Below, one piece after another: positions 18,446 through 26,420 of a stretch of DNA of 52,888 nt. The position numbers were made by a program, and so were the translations under genes. The notes under the pieces were generated by a model. It was given only the letters and a program-made list of their open reading frames with translations, had not been told where the DNA came from and did no database searches. Every line of letters begins with the position of its first letter. The stretch's first letter is position 1. The DNA comes from a virus (taxonomy: Duplodnaviria; Caudoviricetes), in IMG/VR virus record IMGVR_UViG_3300046703_000201, positions 1 through 52,888 of that record; one strand, written 5' to 3'.

Positions 18446-19273
18446 CTATTTTAAGTTATGCCCACCCAGCGCACTGGCTAGGAAGCTCTCTTGTTTATAA
18501 ACTTTCGTCATTTTCGGTGTGCAAAACAATGAGGGTTGGTTAAGTTCGCGTTCAATCCTCGCGCTTGCGGCCTTAAAAAAATCTTTCTTGATCTCAAAAC
18601 CATAGGCGCTACGTTCCGCCCTGATGGCGGCAATTATTGTGGATGCACTGCCAGCGCATGGGTCTATCACAACATCGCCGGGGTCTGTGAATATTGAAAT
18701 CAATCTCTCGATCAACCGAACCGGCTTTTGCGTAGGATGTATCTTCTCGCTGTTGGTATCGCTCTCCCACGGAATTGCATTAAAGATCATCTTGCCGTGA
18801 TTGTTGAATTTTGGGAGCTTGTCGCGGTACAAAATTAGTCCGTATTCGCAGTTGCCTACCACGCGCATATTTGCCTTGAGCACTTGCGCCGATGAGTTCT
18901 TTACAAATACTAGATTGATGTATCTGTTCAGCCCGTGCTTTTTGGCCTCCTCTATCAATTCAAATTGTTGGTCAAACGCACAGAAAACAATCATGCAGGG
19001 TGCTTTACCCGTTTCTTTGGGTTCTGGTATCAACATCTTCGAGCAGAAATGCAAAAATTCAGGTATGCGAAAATCTTTATCTGTGTCGAAGAATTCTTTA
19101 TTTGCAAGCTCGCTTTCGCCGTTTTTATTGTCACCGCCCACGTACCACTCCGGGCTAGACCCATAAGCGTTTTTCCCCACGTTGTAGGGGATGTCAGCAA
19201 TGATGAGTTGCGCTTTTTTAATGGCGTACCGCTTCGAGTTTTGAAAGTGATCGTTAAAAAGTTCGTGCTTCAT
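18446..19273 (-). CDS. Orphan N6-adenine/N4-cytosine DNA methyltransferase (beta-class order)
   Basis: ADIPY catalytic motif, HPTQKP, VVIDPCAGSAST SAM-binding motif; GGAG RBS before ATG 19273. Confidence 0.9.
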   Translation of the reverse strand: MKHELFNDHFQNSKRYAIKKAQLIIADIPYNVGKNAYGSSPEWYVGGDNKNGESELANKEFFDTDKDFRIPEFLHFCSKMLIPEPKETGKAPCMIVFCAFDQQFELIEEAKKHGLNRYINLVFVKNSSAQVLKANMRVVGNCEYGLILYRDKLPKFNNHGKMIFNAIPWESDTNSEKIHPTQKPVRLIERLISIFTDPGDVVIDPCAGSASTIIAAIRAERSAYGFEIKKDFFKAASARIERELNQPSLFCTPKMTKVYKQESFLASALGGHNLK

Positions 19274-19292
19274 GTTGTCTCCAAGAAAAACC

Positions 19293-19377
19293 GCATAACC
19301 TAACGTTCGAGCGGAGCGCCCGAAGCGTGGCTTTTCAATCAAAAATTTATGCGCGCCCGCTCAACTACACGTTGGGC
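19293..19377 (+). other. attC site (85 bp)
   Basis: R'' GCATAAC, 5 nt, L'' GTTCGAGC ... L' GCTCAAC, 5 nt, R' GTTGGGC; extra C in L''. Confidence 0.85.
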
Positions 19378-19601
19378 GACACAAATAGCGCATCGTATGT
19401 CGCGTCGAACACTGCGCGCATCGTGTGGATGCTCACCTTGTGCAGCGCCTGATCGTTAAATGTTCTTGCGTGGTACAGCGCCCACGCTTTGTCGTGCCAT
19501 TCGGCGCGAGATACCCCGCACGCTGGCGGGTGAAAGTCGCCCAACCCTACAGTCGAGTGGGACTGCGCCGAAGCGGTCTTGTTTGGTTCAGTTGCATTCA
19601 T
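19365..19601 (-). CDS. Hypothetical cassette protein
   Basis: 78 aa; RBS and ATG lie in the loop of one attC and the stop lies in the next. Confidence 0.6.
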   Translation of the reverse strand: MNATEPNKTASAQSHSTVGLGDFHPPACGVSRAEWHDKAWALYHARTFNDQALHKVSIHTMRAVFDATYDALFVSPNV

Positions 19602-19660
19602 TTTGCTTATCTCCGTTTGATTGCTCTGCGGTGGCGCAGCCCCTCACTTTTACGTTCCAC
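19539..19660 (+). other. attC site (122 bp)
   Basis: R'' GCCCAAC, L'' AGTCGAGT, CTGCGCC/GGCGCAG stem, L' CCTCACT, R' GTTCCAC (non-consensus). Confidence 0.75.
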
Positions 19661-19678
19661 CCCGCGCTTCGCGCGGGG

Positions 19679-19785
19679 GTGGAACGCGCGGATAACCTGT
19701 GAATCATCGCCCACGCCGGCGCGTGGTGGAACAGGCGATGAATCACACTCCACCTTCGGCGGAGGTGGTTATCCGCGCGTTATGC
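19679..19785. other. Atypical attC-like branched palindrome
   Basis: AACGCGCGGATAACC/GGTTATCCGCGCGTT perfect arms enclosing nested hairpins; bounded by GTGGAAC and GTTATGC. Confidence 0.55.
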
Positions 19786-19786
19786 A

Positions 19787-20257
19787 TCACCCAACCCATC
19801 GCCACTTCCCCCCTACGAGGTCGTCGCCAATAGGTTGCGCGCTGCGCCCTGGGCGGTTGTGCCACATCGCTGCACTTCCGCCCGCATCTTCCTTGTCGAG
19901 CCGAAAACCAGCGGCTCGCAAACTGGCTCCGCCTTCTTCTGGCAGAGTGTAGGTGTAAATCGGATTATGTCCCATTGCTCTTGCTGCCCTGCGTGCCGCC
20001 CCGTACAGTATCGAGCAGGCGTTTCGCGTTCCATCCGTGCAAAGGCGCGTTATTTCAGCGGCCATGCCGTCGTCAAGTCGTGGCGCTACCGGACGCCCAA
20101 CTATGGCAACCCCTCGCAGCGTGTTACTCTCATCAACTACTCCAACCGCGAACTTGTGCCCAATCACTGGGCGGCTGTGTCTATGCAAACGACGTACAAA
20201 ATCGTTCGCCGTTTTCAAGTCGGTTGGTACGATTCGCAGTTTCATGGGCAAAGGCAT
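19787..20257 (-). CDS. XF1762-like conserved phage protein
   Basis: ANDFVRRLHRH..GHKFA, VGRPVA..LDDG, RLCTDGTRNACS.LYGAA, EGGASLRAAG. Confidence 0.8.
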   Translation of the reverse strand: MPLPMKLRIVPTDLKTANDFVRRLHRHSRPVIGHKFAVGVVDESNTLRGVAIVGRPVAPRLDDGMAAEITRLCTDGTRNACSILYGAARRAARAMGHNPIYTYTLPEEGGASLRAAGFRLDKEDAGGSAAMWHNRPGRSAQPIGDDLVGGKWRWVG

Positions 20258-20313
20258 AACCCGGCGCTCAACCCGGACCCCGCGAAGCGGGGCCGGTTAG
20301 CTCTGCGTTAGAC
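20254..20313 (+). other. attC site (60 bp, 59-be size)
   Basis: GCATAAC CCGGC GCTCAACC CGGACCCCGCGAAGCGGGGCC GGTTAGC TCTGC GTTAGAC. Confidence 0.9.
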
Positions 20314-20483
20314 ATACGAGGGTCGCTATCCAGATATTTAGCGTCATAATGCAATAGCGTTTCAGGCAGGTAGCAATCCCCATCGTCCAGGACATAATGT
20401 ATTCCGTCGAATGTGCCGTGCAATATCTCGCCAGACCAGTTCATATCCAACACAGTGCAAAACTTCGGATAGTATTCAGTCAT
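20268..20483 (-). CDS. Hypothetical protein, paralog of 12461-12673; C-terminus encoded by the attC
   Basis: Shared motif; ends SNAELTGPASRGPG inside the attC. Confidence 0.75.
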   Translation of the reverse strand: MTEYYPKFCTVLDMNWSGEILHGTFDGIHYVLDDGDCYLPETLLHYDAKYLDSDPRMSNAELTGPASRGPG

Positions 20484-20495
20484 TTTTTCTCCCCT

Positions 20496-20756
20496 TCAAA
20501 CTACAACCCGGTTCTCCAAAACCGCACGTCCCGCATCCGTCAGCGCATATCGGTGCCACGGATATGGCTCGTCAAGTTCTACTATAAATTTGTGTTGCTC
20601 AAGGTCTTCTATCGCTGCTCTAAGCCATGAAAGTTCGCTCATGTCCCATGTACTTACAAGCGGATGTTTTGCCAGCACCTGAAGCACATTTTCGCTATTG
20701 CGCTGGCCTTTTGGCAGGTATGCTGCATCACCGCTAAAAACATCAATAAACATCAT
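20496..20756 (-). CDS. Hypothetical winged-helix-like protein
   Basis: RYALTDAGRAVL wHTH-type C-terminus. Confidence 0.6.
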   Translation of the reverse strand: MMFIDVFSGDAAYLPKGQRNSENVLQVLAKHPLVSTWDMSELSWLRAAIEDLEQHKFIVELDEPYPWHRYALTDAGRAVLENRVVV

Positions 20757-20782
20757 ATTTACACTATTTACCTAGATATATC

Positions 20783-21229
20783 TCAAAACGGGATGTCGTC
20801 GTCAAAGTGGTCGAACGGCGCAGCCTTTGATTCCGATGCGCTTTCGTTTGGTTGATGATCTTGCGTTTGTGCCGAGCGCGGTTGTTGCGCGCTATCCGGC
20901 TTGCCGCCCAGCATTTTCATTTCGCTGACGATGATTTCTGTCGTATAGCGATCCTGGCCGGTTTCCTTGTCTTGCCATTTGCGGGTTTGCAGTTTGCCTT
21001 CGACATAAATCAGGGAACCTTTCTTCAGGTATTGGCCGGCGATTTCGGCCAATTTGCGGTAGAACGTCAAATTGTGCCACTCGGTTTTTTCCTGCTTGTC
21101 GCCGTTCTTGTCCTTCCAACTTTCCGAGGTCGCCAGCGAGGTGTTGGTTACGGCATCGCCGTTTGGCATGATTTTGGATACCGGGTCTTTGCCCAGATAC
21201 CCGATCAGAATGACTTTGTTCACTGACAT
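20783..21229 (-). CDS. ssb: Single-stranded DNA-binding protein
   Basis: [37 protein letters not shown] tail. Confidence 0.97.
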   Translation of the reverse strand: MSVNKVILIGYLGKDPVSKIMPNGDAVTNTSLATSESWKDKNGDKQEKTEWHNLTFYRKLAEIAGQYLKKGSLIYVEGKLQTRKWQDKETGQDRYTTEIIVSEMKMLGGKPDSAQQPRSAQTQDHQPNESASESKAAPFDHFDDDIPF

Positions 21230-21242
21230 TGCAATCTCCTTA

Positions 21243-21467
21243 TCAATAATCCGAACTGGCACCGCCGCCACCATAATCCCCGCCACCGCCGAAAAAACTA
21301 CTGCTCTCCTGCGCCTCTTTGGTTTCCGCAATATCGCTATATCCGGGCGGGGTGGGGTAGATCACGCTTACACCTGCGGTTTGGGCGTCTTGCAAATCAC
21401 AGCGTTCGCAATGAAGCCCTCTTTTAGTTAAAGCCGTTTTGCCGCACCGCTTGCATTTATAGATCAT
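21243..21467 (-). CDS. Small zinc-finger protein with Gly-rich tail
   Basis: CKRC..CERC; [13 protein letters not shown]. Confidence 0.6.
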   Translation of the reverse strand: MIYKCKRCGKTALTKRGLHCERCDLQDAQTAGVSVIYPTPPGYSDIAETKEAQESSSFFGGGGDYGGGGASSDY

Positions 21468-21488
21468 GAAAGCTCCTTCGCTAGAACG

Positions 21489-22616
21489 TCAATTCGCAGA
21501 ATGTCCATTTCTTCGGTTTAAAATTTCTTTCAAGGATGAGACGCCGCCATTGCAATAGGTGAAGCCGCTGCAACCGCGCATGGCATCCTGTGCCCGATGA
21601 CTGACAAATTTGGTCATCAGGATCGCTCTGTCGCAATGCGGTATGAGGGAGCGGATTTTCTCCGAGGTAACATCAGAGTCAAATATGCGCAGGTCATAGA
21701 TTTTGCTCCATTCGTTTTGTATTTCCTGTGCCTGCTGGCCTAGCAATCCGACAATCAGGACTTTGGGTCTTACGTCTGCTTTGGCCGGCTTGAGTGCTTC
21801 GGCAATGATCGGGTGCGACGTTCCCATCGGTATCGGATTAACATCACGAAATGCGGCAATCAAGGTGTTGGCGAACTGCGGCGAGTTGATGATGTTCAGC
21901 ACGAGGGGCTTAACCGTGCTGACAATAGCCTGAATGAGTGCGGTTTCGAGGCTTTGCATTCCGGCTGCTGGATTATCTTGCGGCAAGTCTGCCGGCGGCT
22001 CTTTGCCGATAAGCGGCATTGCTTCGGAAACAGGCAATTGTTCTATGGCTGGCGTTGAAACAGATTGTCCAAGCGGTTGTATTTCCGGTGACGCACATTC
22101 AGGTTTGCTATTGCGGTCCGCCTCGGTCATTTCGTTAAGCAGATTAAGCAACCAGGGTGCTTGCGCGGGAGAATTTAGCTGCCTTGAAAATTGATTGTTT
22201 GCCGGAAGTCTTTCATTTACCCGTGCAAAAACAGCTTTCCATGTTAATTCGGGATGTTCACGGCGGATTTCATAAATGGTTGTGGCGATTTGCTTTTGAC
22301 GGTTTTGTTTTTCGATACGAGCAGTATTAGATTTCTGGATGACACTCTTTTTTTCTTTTTTTTCGGGGAAAATATTATGTCCGGTTTTTTTGCATAATGC
22401 TTTCAGTTTACGCATCAACCACGGATAACTGCTTGGACCCATAACCTGAACTGGAATAGTCTCCCGTCCCGGAAACGCAGCCCGTCCGGCATACATTGCG
22501 GCGATCCATGAAATAGCCGGATTGTTTTTTCTGGCTTCAAACACTTTTTCCGCAAAAATCTGTTTTTCGGCTTCGGTCATTTTTGGTGTGAATCTTGCCA
22601 TAAAATCTTCCGTCAT
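21489..22616 (-). CDS. Hypothetical protein with C-terminal DUF2325-like domain
   Basis: KVLIVG..CDRAILMTKFVSH..NGGVSSL. Confidence 0.65.
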   Translation of the reverse strand: MTEDFMARFTPKMTEAEKQIFAEKVFEARKNNPAISWIAAMYAGRAAFPGRETIPVQVMGPSSYPWLMRKLKALCKKTGHNIFPEKKEKKSVIQKSNTARIEKQNRQKQIATTIYEIRREHPELTWKAVFARVNERLPANNQFSRQLNSPAQAPWLLNLLNEMTEADRNSKPECASPEIQPLGQSVSTPAIEQLPVSEAMPLIGKEPPADLPQDNPAAGMQSLETALIQAIVSTVKPLVLNIINSPQFANTLIAAFRDVNPIPMGTSHPIIAEALKPAKADVRPKVLIVGLLGQQAQEIQNEWSKIYDLRIFDSDVTSEKIRSLIPHCDRAILMTKFVSHRAQDAMRGCSGFTYCNGGVSSLKEILNRRNGHSAN

Positions 22617-22722
22617 TTTTTATTCTCCCTGAGTGATTGACTTTAACTTTGCGATCCGATATGCAACCGGCTAATCAGTGTAATTGATTCAAGTAATTCA
22701 GTCATCATATCAAGGGTTATTT

Positions 22723-23337
22723 TTAACCGATTGCGTGGCGGGTTTCTTGTACCAGCGCCAGAAACTCGCCGCGCCGGTCTTGCAGGCGTTTTATTTCATC
22801 CTGACAATCGTCCCGGTAGAGGCGGTAGGTGATGAGTTGTCGGTTGGGGGGAAAGTCGGAACAATAGCTGATAAAATCCACCCAATCGCGCTGCGTGCAA
22901 TCCAGGTGCCCGACCAACTGCCAGCGATAGGCGGGGTCAAAACTGCCCCGGCGCAGGGTGGCATAATGGGTTTTGGCGATGACGGATTTTATTTCTACCA
23001 CACCATCATTCCCGACCAGGCCATCCGGCGAATCGCCGTAGCATGACCAGTCAAAAAAACCGCCATTTTTAACATCGACAAAGCTCATTTCAGCGTAGAG
23101 TTCACGGGCAATCGGTTCCTGCTCATGTCCCCGTTCCATATGGTCATTGGAAAAGCTGAATTCGGCACGCTTGCCGGTGACTTGTTCCAGGGCGAGTTGC
23201 AGCGCATAGTCCTTGGCTGGGTCACCAAATGTCTTGCCTTCGTTCGCCATGATGATGCCGAATTTTGAGGCAGTGGCCTTGCCGAGTCGTAAAGCCATCC
23301 ACTCTTCGGTGTTTTGGGGAATGTCGTGGAAGATCAT
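22723..23337 (-). CDS. YqaJ/lambda-exonuclease family protein
   Basis: QNTEEWMALRLGKATAS, MERGHEQEP, SPDGLV..EIK. Confidence 0.9.
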   Translation of the reverse strand: MIFHDIPQNTEEWMALRLGKATASKFGIIMANEGKTFGDPAKDYALQLALEQVTGKRAEFSFSNDHMERGHEQEPIARELYAEMSFVDVKNGGFFDWSCYGDSPDGLVGNDGVVEIKSVIAKTHYATLRRGSFDPAYRWQLVGHLDCTQRDWVDFISYCSDFPPNRQLITYRLYRDDCQDEIKRLQDRRGEFLALVQETRHAIG

Positions 23338-23876
23338 GGTTCATCTTCTTCTTCAAGTGCGGGATTCAACTCCGCCCCTACGTAACTCGATTCGATTAAC
23401 AGCATCTGGTGTTCATCCGACATATCCACCCGTTGCAGCACGGAAATCAGGTTACCATCCCGCCGATAAGCGGTTTGAGCGTTTTTCCACATCACCACAT
23501 TGTCCGGGGTCAACTGAATCTTGGTCGTCTTGGCCGGGCGAATGCGCAAGCCTTCCACTGTTTCCTTGCCAAACCGCACATTGGGATCGACAAAAATGGT
23601 CACTTTGACGTTTTGCCAATCCTCGATGAATGGCGAATCTGTGATCGCTTTCATCGTCTTGCTGTTGCCCGCATTGAGGATAAGCGGCTTGAGCTTTTCG
23701 CCGGGGCGAATCTCTTTATCGGCAAAGTGCGCCGTATTGAATACATCCTTGGTCTTTTTGGTGCGGTCCGGTTCGAGCATGACATGCGAGATTGTCAGCA
23801 CAATCGGCTCGACGATGTCAGCCGAGGATAGATAGGGGGAATCGAAGGCTTTGCGGTAATGGGTTTTGGTGGTCAT
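23334..23876 (-). CDS. Conserved phage protein, candidate recombination partner of the exonuclease
   Basis: KTHYRK..YL, KPLILNAGN, IEDW..VTIF, GLRIRP; coupled to YqaJ. Confidence 0.65.
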   Translation of the reverse strand: MTTKTHYRKAFDSPYLSSADIVEPIVLTISHVMLEPDRTKKTKDVFNTAHFADKEIRPGEKLKPLILNAGNSKTMKAITDSPFIEDWQNVKVTIFVDPNVRFGKETVEGLRIRPAKTTKIQLTPDNVVMWKNAQTAYRRDGNLISVLQRVDMSDEHQMLLIESSYVGAELNPALEEEDEP

Positions 23877-23892
23877 TATTACGTTCCTTTAT

Positions 23893-23958
23893 TAACATGG
23901 ATATTCAGGATGAGCAGGATATTGGCTTTTTATCCTGACTATCCTGTCCATCCATGTA
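23893..23958. repeat. Palindromic element, copy 2
   Basis: Closely similar to 8770-8833. Confidence 0.75.
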
Positions 23959-23964
23959 AAAAAA

Positions 23965-24333
23965 TTAATCCCACTTCTTTGCATGTGCTTTTTCGGCATC
24001 CTTGATGGCGATCTGCGCCCAGTAGGTGTCCACCATATATTTGAGCGCGGTCAGGGCCAGATAATTTTTTTTGCCGTTGCACAATTGATGTTCGACCGAA
24101 TCCAGAATGTAACCAAAGGTCAGCAAGCGTGCGGCTTCTGGCGCATTAGCCATCGCTTCTTCAAAATGCGCAAAAGTCCACGGATCATCTTCCTGACCTT
24201 TTTCGAGCAGGCCGGCGGCATATTGGGCGATGGTTTCTACCCGCAAATCATTCGATGCTTCGGCGTCAAGATGATCGCTCAATTCGGCATATAGGGCGTT
24301 GTCGGGATTGGCATCAGGCGGCACGAATGGCAT
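23965..24333 (-). CDS. Hypothetical protein, first gene of the pL operon
   Basis: 122-aa ORF downstream of a leftward promoter. Confidence 0.65.
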   Translation of the reverse strand: MPFVPPDANPDNALYAELSDHLDAEASNDLRVETIAQYAAGLLEKGQEDDPWTFAHFEEAMANAPEAARLLTFGYILDSVEHQLCNGKKNYLALTALKYMVDTYWAQIAIKDAEKAHAKKWD

Positions 24334-24369
24334 GTTGTTCTTCCCCGGTGTTGGCGTTGACGATGGGGC

Positions 24370-24412
24370 ATCATATTAGCTGGTTGCATGTTATGTCAAT
24401 AGCACAACAAAA
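24370..24412 (-). promoter_or_regulatory. pL-like promoter/operator
   Basis: TTGACA (24399-24394), 18 nt, TATGAT; shares about 27 bp with pR. Confidence 0.7.
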
Positions 24413-24427
24413 ATATTTTTCAGTCAA

Positions 24428-24453
24428 TAAAAAACCCTCCGGAGAGGGCTTTT
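24428..24453. terminator. Possible bidirectional terminator
   Basis: AAAAAA CCCTC CGGA GAGGG CTTTT. Confidence 0.55.
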
Positions 24454-24458
24454 GTTCG

Positions 24459-24533
24459 GTAGGGGCAGGTTTTGAACCTGCCCGTGCGGATGTTATTCAA
24501 CGTGATGCGGACGGGTTTGAAACCCACCCCTAC
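24459..24533. repeat. REP doublet (REPIN-like)
   Basis: GTAGGGGCAGGTTTTGAACCTGCCC ... GGACGGGTTTGAAACCCACCCCTAC. Confidence 0.85.
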
Positions 24534-24729
24534 GTCAATCCGAAGGTTCCTGGTGTTCCGCCAATTCACGCGCTAAATCCAGTAATTCTTTTTTTTCTTC
24601 TTGCGTCATGGAGTAATACAGTGAGAGCAATTCTTCCAGCGAGGTGTCCAATTGACTTCTCCTTTCCGATTGTTTGCAGCGGGGATGGAAAGGTAATCCA
24701 TAGCAAGTTACTCGTCAATAGGGTTACTG

Positions 24730-25068
24730 TTATTTTTTCTGGTTTATCATCAATCTGGCATGAGCGAGCAGAATTGCGCGCATTTCTTCGCTCATTTTTT
24801 CGTATAGCTCGGTAAGTTCGTTTTCTTCGGCCTCATCATGGCTCACATCCATCCAGCCCAAAGGCTTGCCGCAACCAGCTTCGAGTTGTCGGGCCAGCGT
24901 GGAACCCATCACGGCCACTTTGCCATTCTTATTTTTGAACTGGGTCGAAATCTGCGACAGGTTATGCCTGGATGTGCCGGCAGCGCGAGCCACCGCCGCA
25001 GCAGATTTAAACTCTGCCACCAGAACTTCGAGGTTGCTGCGGCGTATTTCTTCAATGGTCGATTTCAT
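24730..25068 (-). CDS. CI-like repressor, HTH only
   Basis: EIRRSNL, MGSTLARQLEAGCGKPLGWMD; divergent from the cro-like gene; no S24 domain. Confidence 0.8.
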   Translation of the reverse strand: MKSTIEEIRRSNLEVLVAEFKSAAAVARAAGTSRHNLSQISTQFKNKNGKVAVMGSTLARQLEAGCGKPLGWMDVSHDEAEENELTELYEKMSEEMRAILLAHARLMINQKK

Positions 25069-25075
25069 GCGCGCA

Positions 25076-25157
25076 ATCTTAGCTGGTTGCATAGATTTTG
25101 CAAGCATTTTTTTTATTTTGTTGTGCTGTTGACATAACATGCGTTCAGCATAATAAT
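25076..25157. promoter_or_regulatory. Divergent pRM/pR-like promoters with operators
   Basis: Plus strand TTGACA 25129-25134, 17 nt, AATAAT; minus strand TTGCAA..TAAGAT 7 nt before the cI ATG. Confidence 0.65.
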
Positions 25158-25190
25158 GCGCCATCCATAACAAAACCAAAAAATCACGGC

Positions 25191-25400
25191 ATGGACAAAA
25201 CAATCGAAATCAATGATCTCACGCCCGGCGAACGGCGCGAACTGGCAAAAAATATCGGCAAGAGTGATGTGTTTTTGTGGCAATGCGGGGACGGTATCCG
25301 CACCCCCAGCCTGGCAACCGCCGATGCCCTGATCGACCATGAACCGCGCCTGACGGTAAAAACCCTGCTGGCACCCAAGCGCAGACGCGAAGCAATGTGA
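25191..25400 (+). CDS. Cro-like HTH protein
   Basis: ERRELAKNIGKSDVFLWQC..GIRTPS. Confidence 0.75.
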   Translation: MDKTIEINDLTPGERRELAKNIGKSDVFLWQCGDGIRTPSLATADALIDHEPRLTVKTLLAPKRRREAM

Positions 25401-25654
25401 ATTCTACCCGCACTCTCCTGCGCTTGGAAATCGCGCGAGGTCTTGAGCATTTGCCAAAAGGTGCGGATATGCGGCTGCATATCAAAATGTTGCCGCCGGA
25501 CAGGCGAGGGTTTTTAAGTGCGCTGGCTGATTGGGTTGAGGATTACCAGAAGCACCAGCAATCATTTGATGATGTGCTGATGGCTGCCGTCAAGATCAGC
25601 CGCGAAAGAAAAATTCAGGCGGTACAACCATTGCGGGGGATTCATGGCCGGTGA
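25397..25654 (+). CDS. Hypothetical protein
   Basis: GTGA overlap with cro. Confidence 0.55.
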   Translation: MNSTRTLLRLEIARGLEHLPKGADMRLHIKMLPPDRRGFLSALADWVEDYQKHQQSFDDVLMAAVKISRERKIQAVQPLRGIHGR

Positions 25655-26420
25655 CTGGATCAAGATCGAAAATGAATTGCCGGACAAGCCGGAAGTTCAC
25701 GCCATTGCCGCGAAGTTGAATATTGACCCGGATGCGGTGGTCGGCAAGCTGATTCGGGTTTGGCAATGGTTTGATAAACACACGGTTGATGGTAACGCTC
25801 TCGGCGTTAGTTTTGCGTTAGTGGATCGTATAACCGGCGTTATCGGATTTGGCGAAGCGATGATGTTTTCTGCATGGCTGGAGCAAAAAGACAAGATGCT
25901 GGTCATGCCGCATTTTGACCGGCATACCTCGTCAAGTGCCAAAAAACGGGCGTTGACAGCCAAACGGGTCGCAAACTTTGAACAAAAAACTAACGCGAAG
26001 GCTAACGCTACAACTAACGCTGCGAACGTTAGCGGAGCGTTACCTAGAGAAGAGAAGAATATATCTATTACTAACGTAATAGATAAGGGCGCTAATCGCG
26101 CCAAGAAATTGCCGGATGATTTTTTGCCAAACGAATGGCACATCGTCTATGCGCTGCAAAACAAACTGAATCTGGAAGAACAGTTTGCCCAGTTTGCCGA
26201 TTACCACAAGGCGCGGGGCAGCACGATGAAAGACTGGAATGCCGCGCTGCGCACTTGGCTGCGCAACGCCACGCAATACCGCAAGACCAGCCCGTCGGAC
26301 AAACCCGGCAAACCGAATTATTTTGACCACTTGCAGGATGTGAGCAACCAGCTAACGGGGAGAACGACAAATGCCGGTATTACCCTTGACATGGATCAAC
26401 GCATTATTTCAAAAATTTGA
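25644..26420 (+). CDS. Phage replication initiator (O-like)
   Basis: MAGDWIKIE..LPDKPEV, VVGKLIRVW.WFD, C-terminal F.DY..DWNAALRTWLRN. Confidence 0.8.
   Translation: MAGDWIKIENELPDKPEVHAIAAKLNIDPDAVVGKLIRVWQWFDKHTVDGNALGVSFALVDRITGVIGFGEAMMFSAWLEQKDKMLVMPHFDRHTSSSAKKRALTAKRVANFEQKTNAKANATTNAANVSGALPREEKNISITNVIDKGANRAKKLPDDFLPNEWHIVYALQNKLNLEEQFAQFADYHKARGSTMKDWNAALRTWLRNATQYRKTSPSDKPGKPNYFDHLQDVSNQLTGRTTNAGITLDMDQRIISKI
25988..26035. repeat. Iteron-like repeats (putative origin)
   Basis: CTAACGC three times at 12-bp period plus an inverted copy, inside the initiator gene. Confidence 0.6.

Larger units (their letters stand above)
18455..20313 (+). mobile_element. Integron-like gene cassette array lacking intI (CALIN-like), four cassettes, ORFs antisense
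   Basis: Complementary core pairs GTTATGC/GCATAAC, GTTGGGC/GCCCAAC, GTTCCAC/GTGGAAC and GTTATGC/GCATAAC bound successive units separated by attC-like palindromes. Confidence 0.8.

Noticed and set aside
19274-19342. Extended methyltransferase start at 19342
   Set aside because: The extension is translated attC sequence; ATG 19273 has a GGAG RBS
24255-24815. 186-aa plus-strand ORF across the pL region
   Set aside because: Runs through a promoter, a terminator and a REP doublet, with no protein-like features
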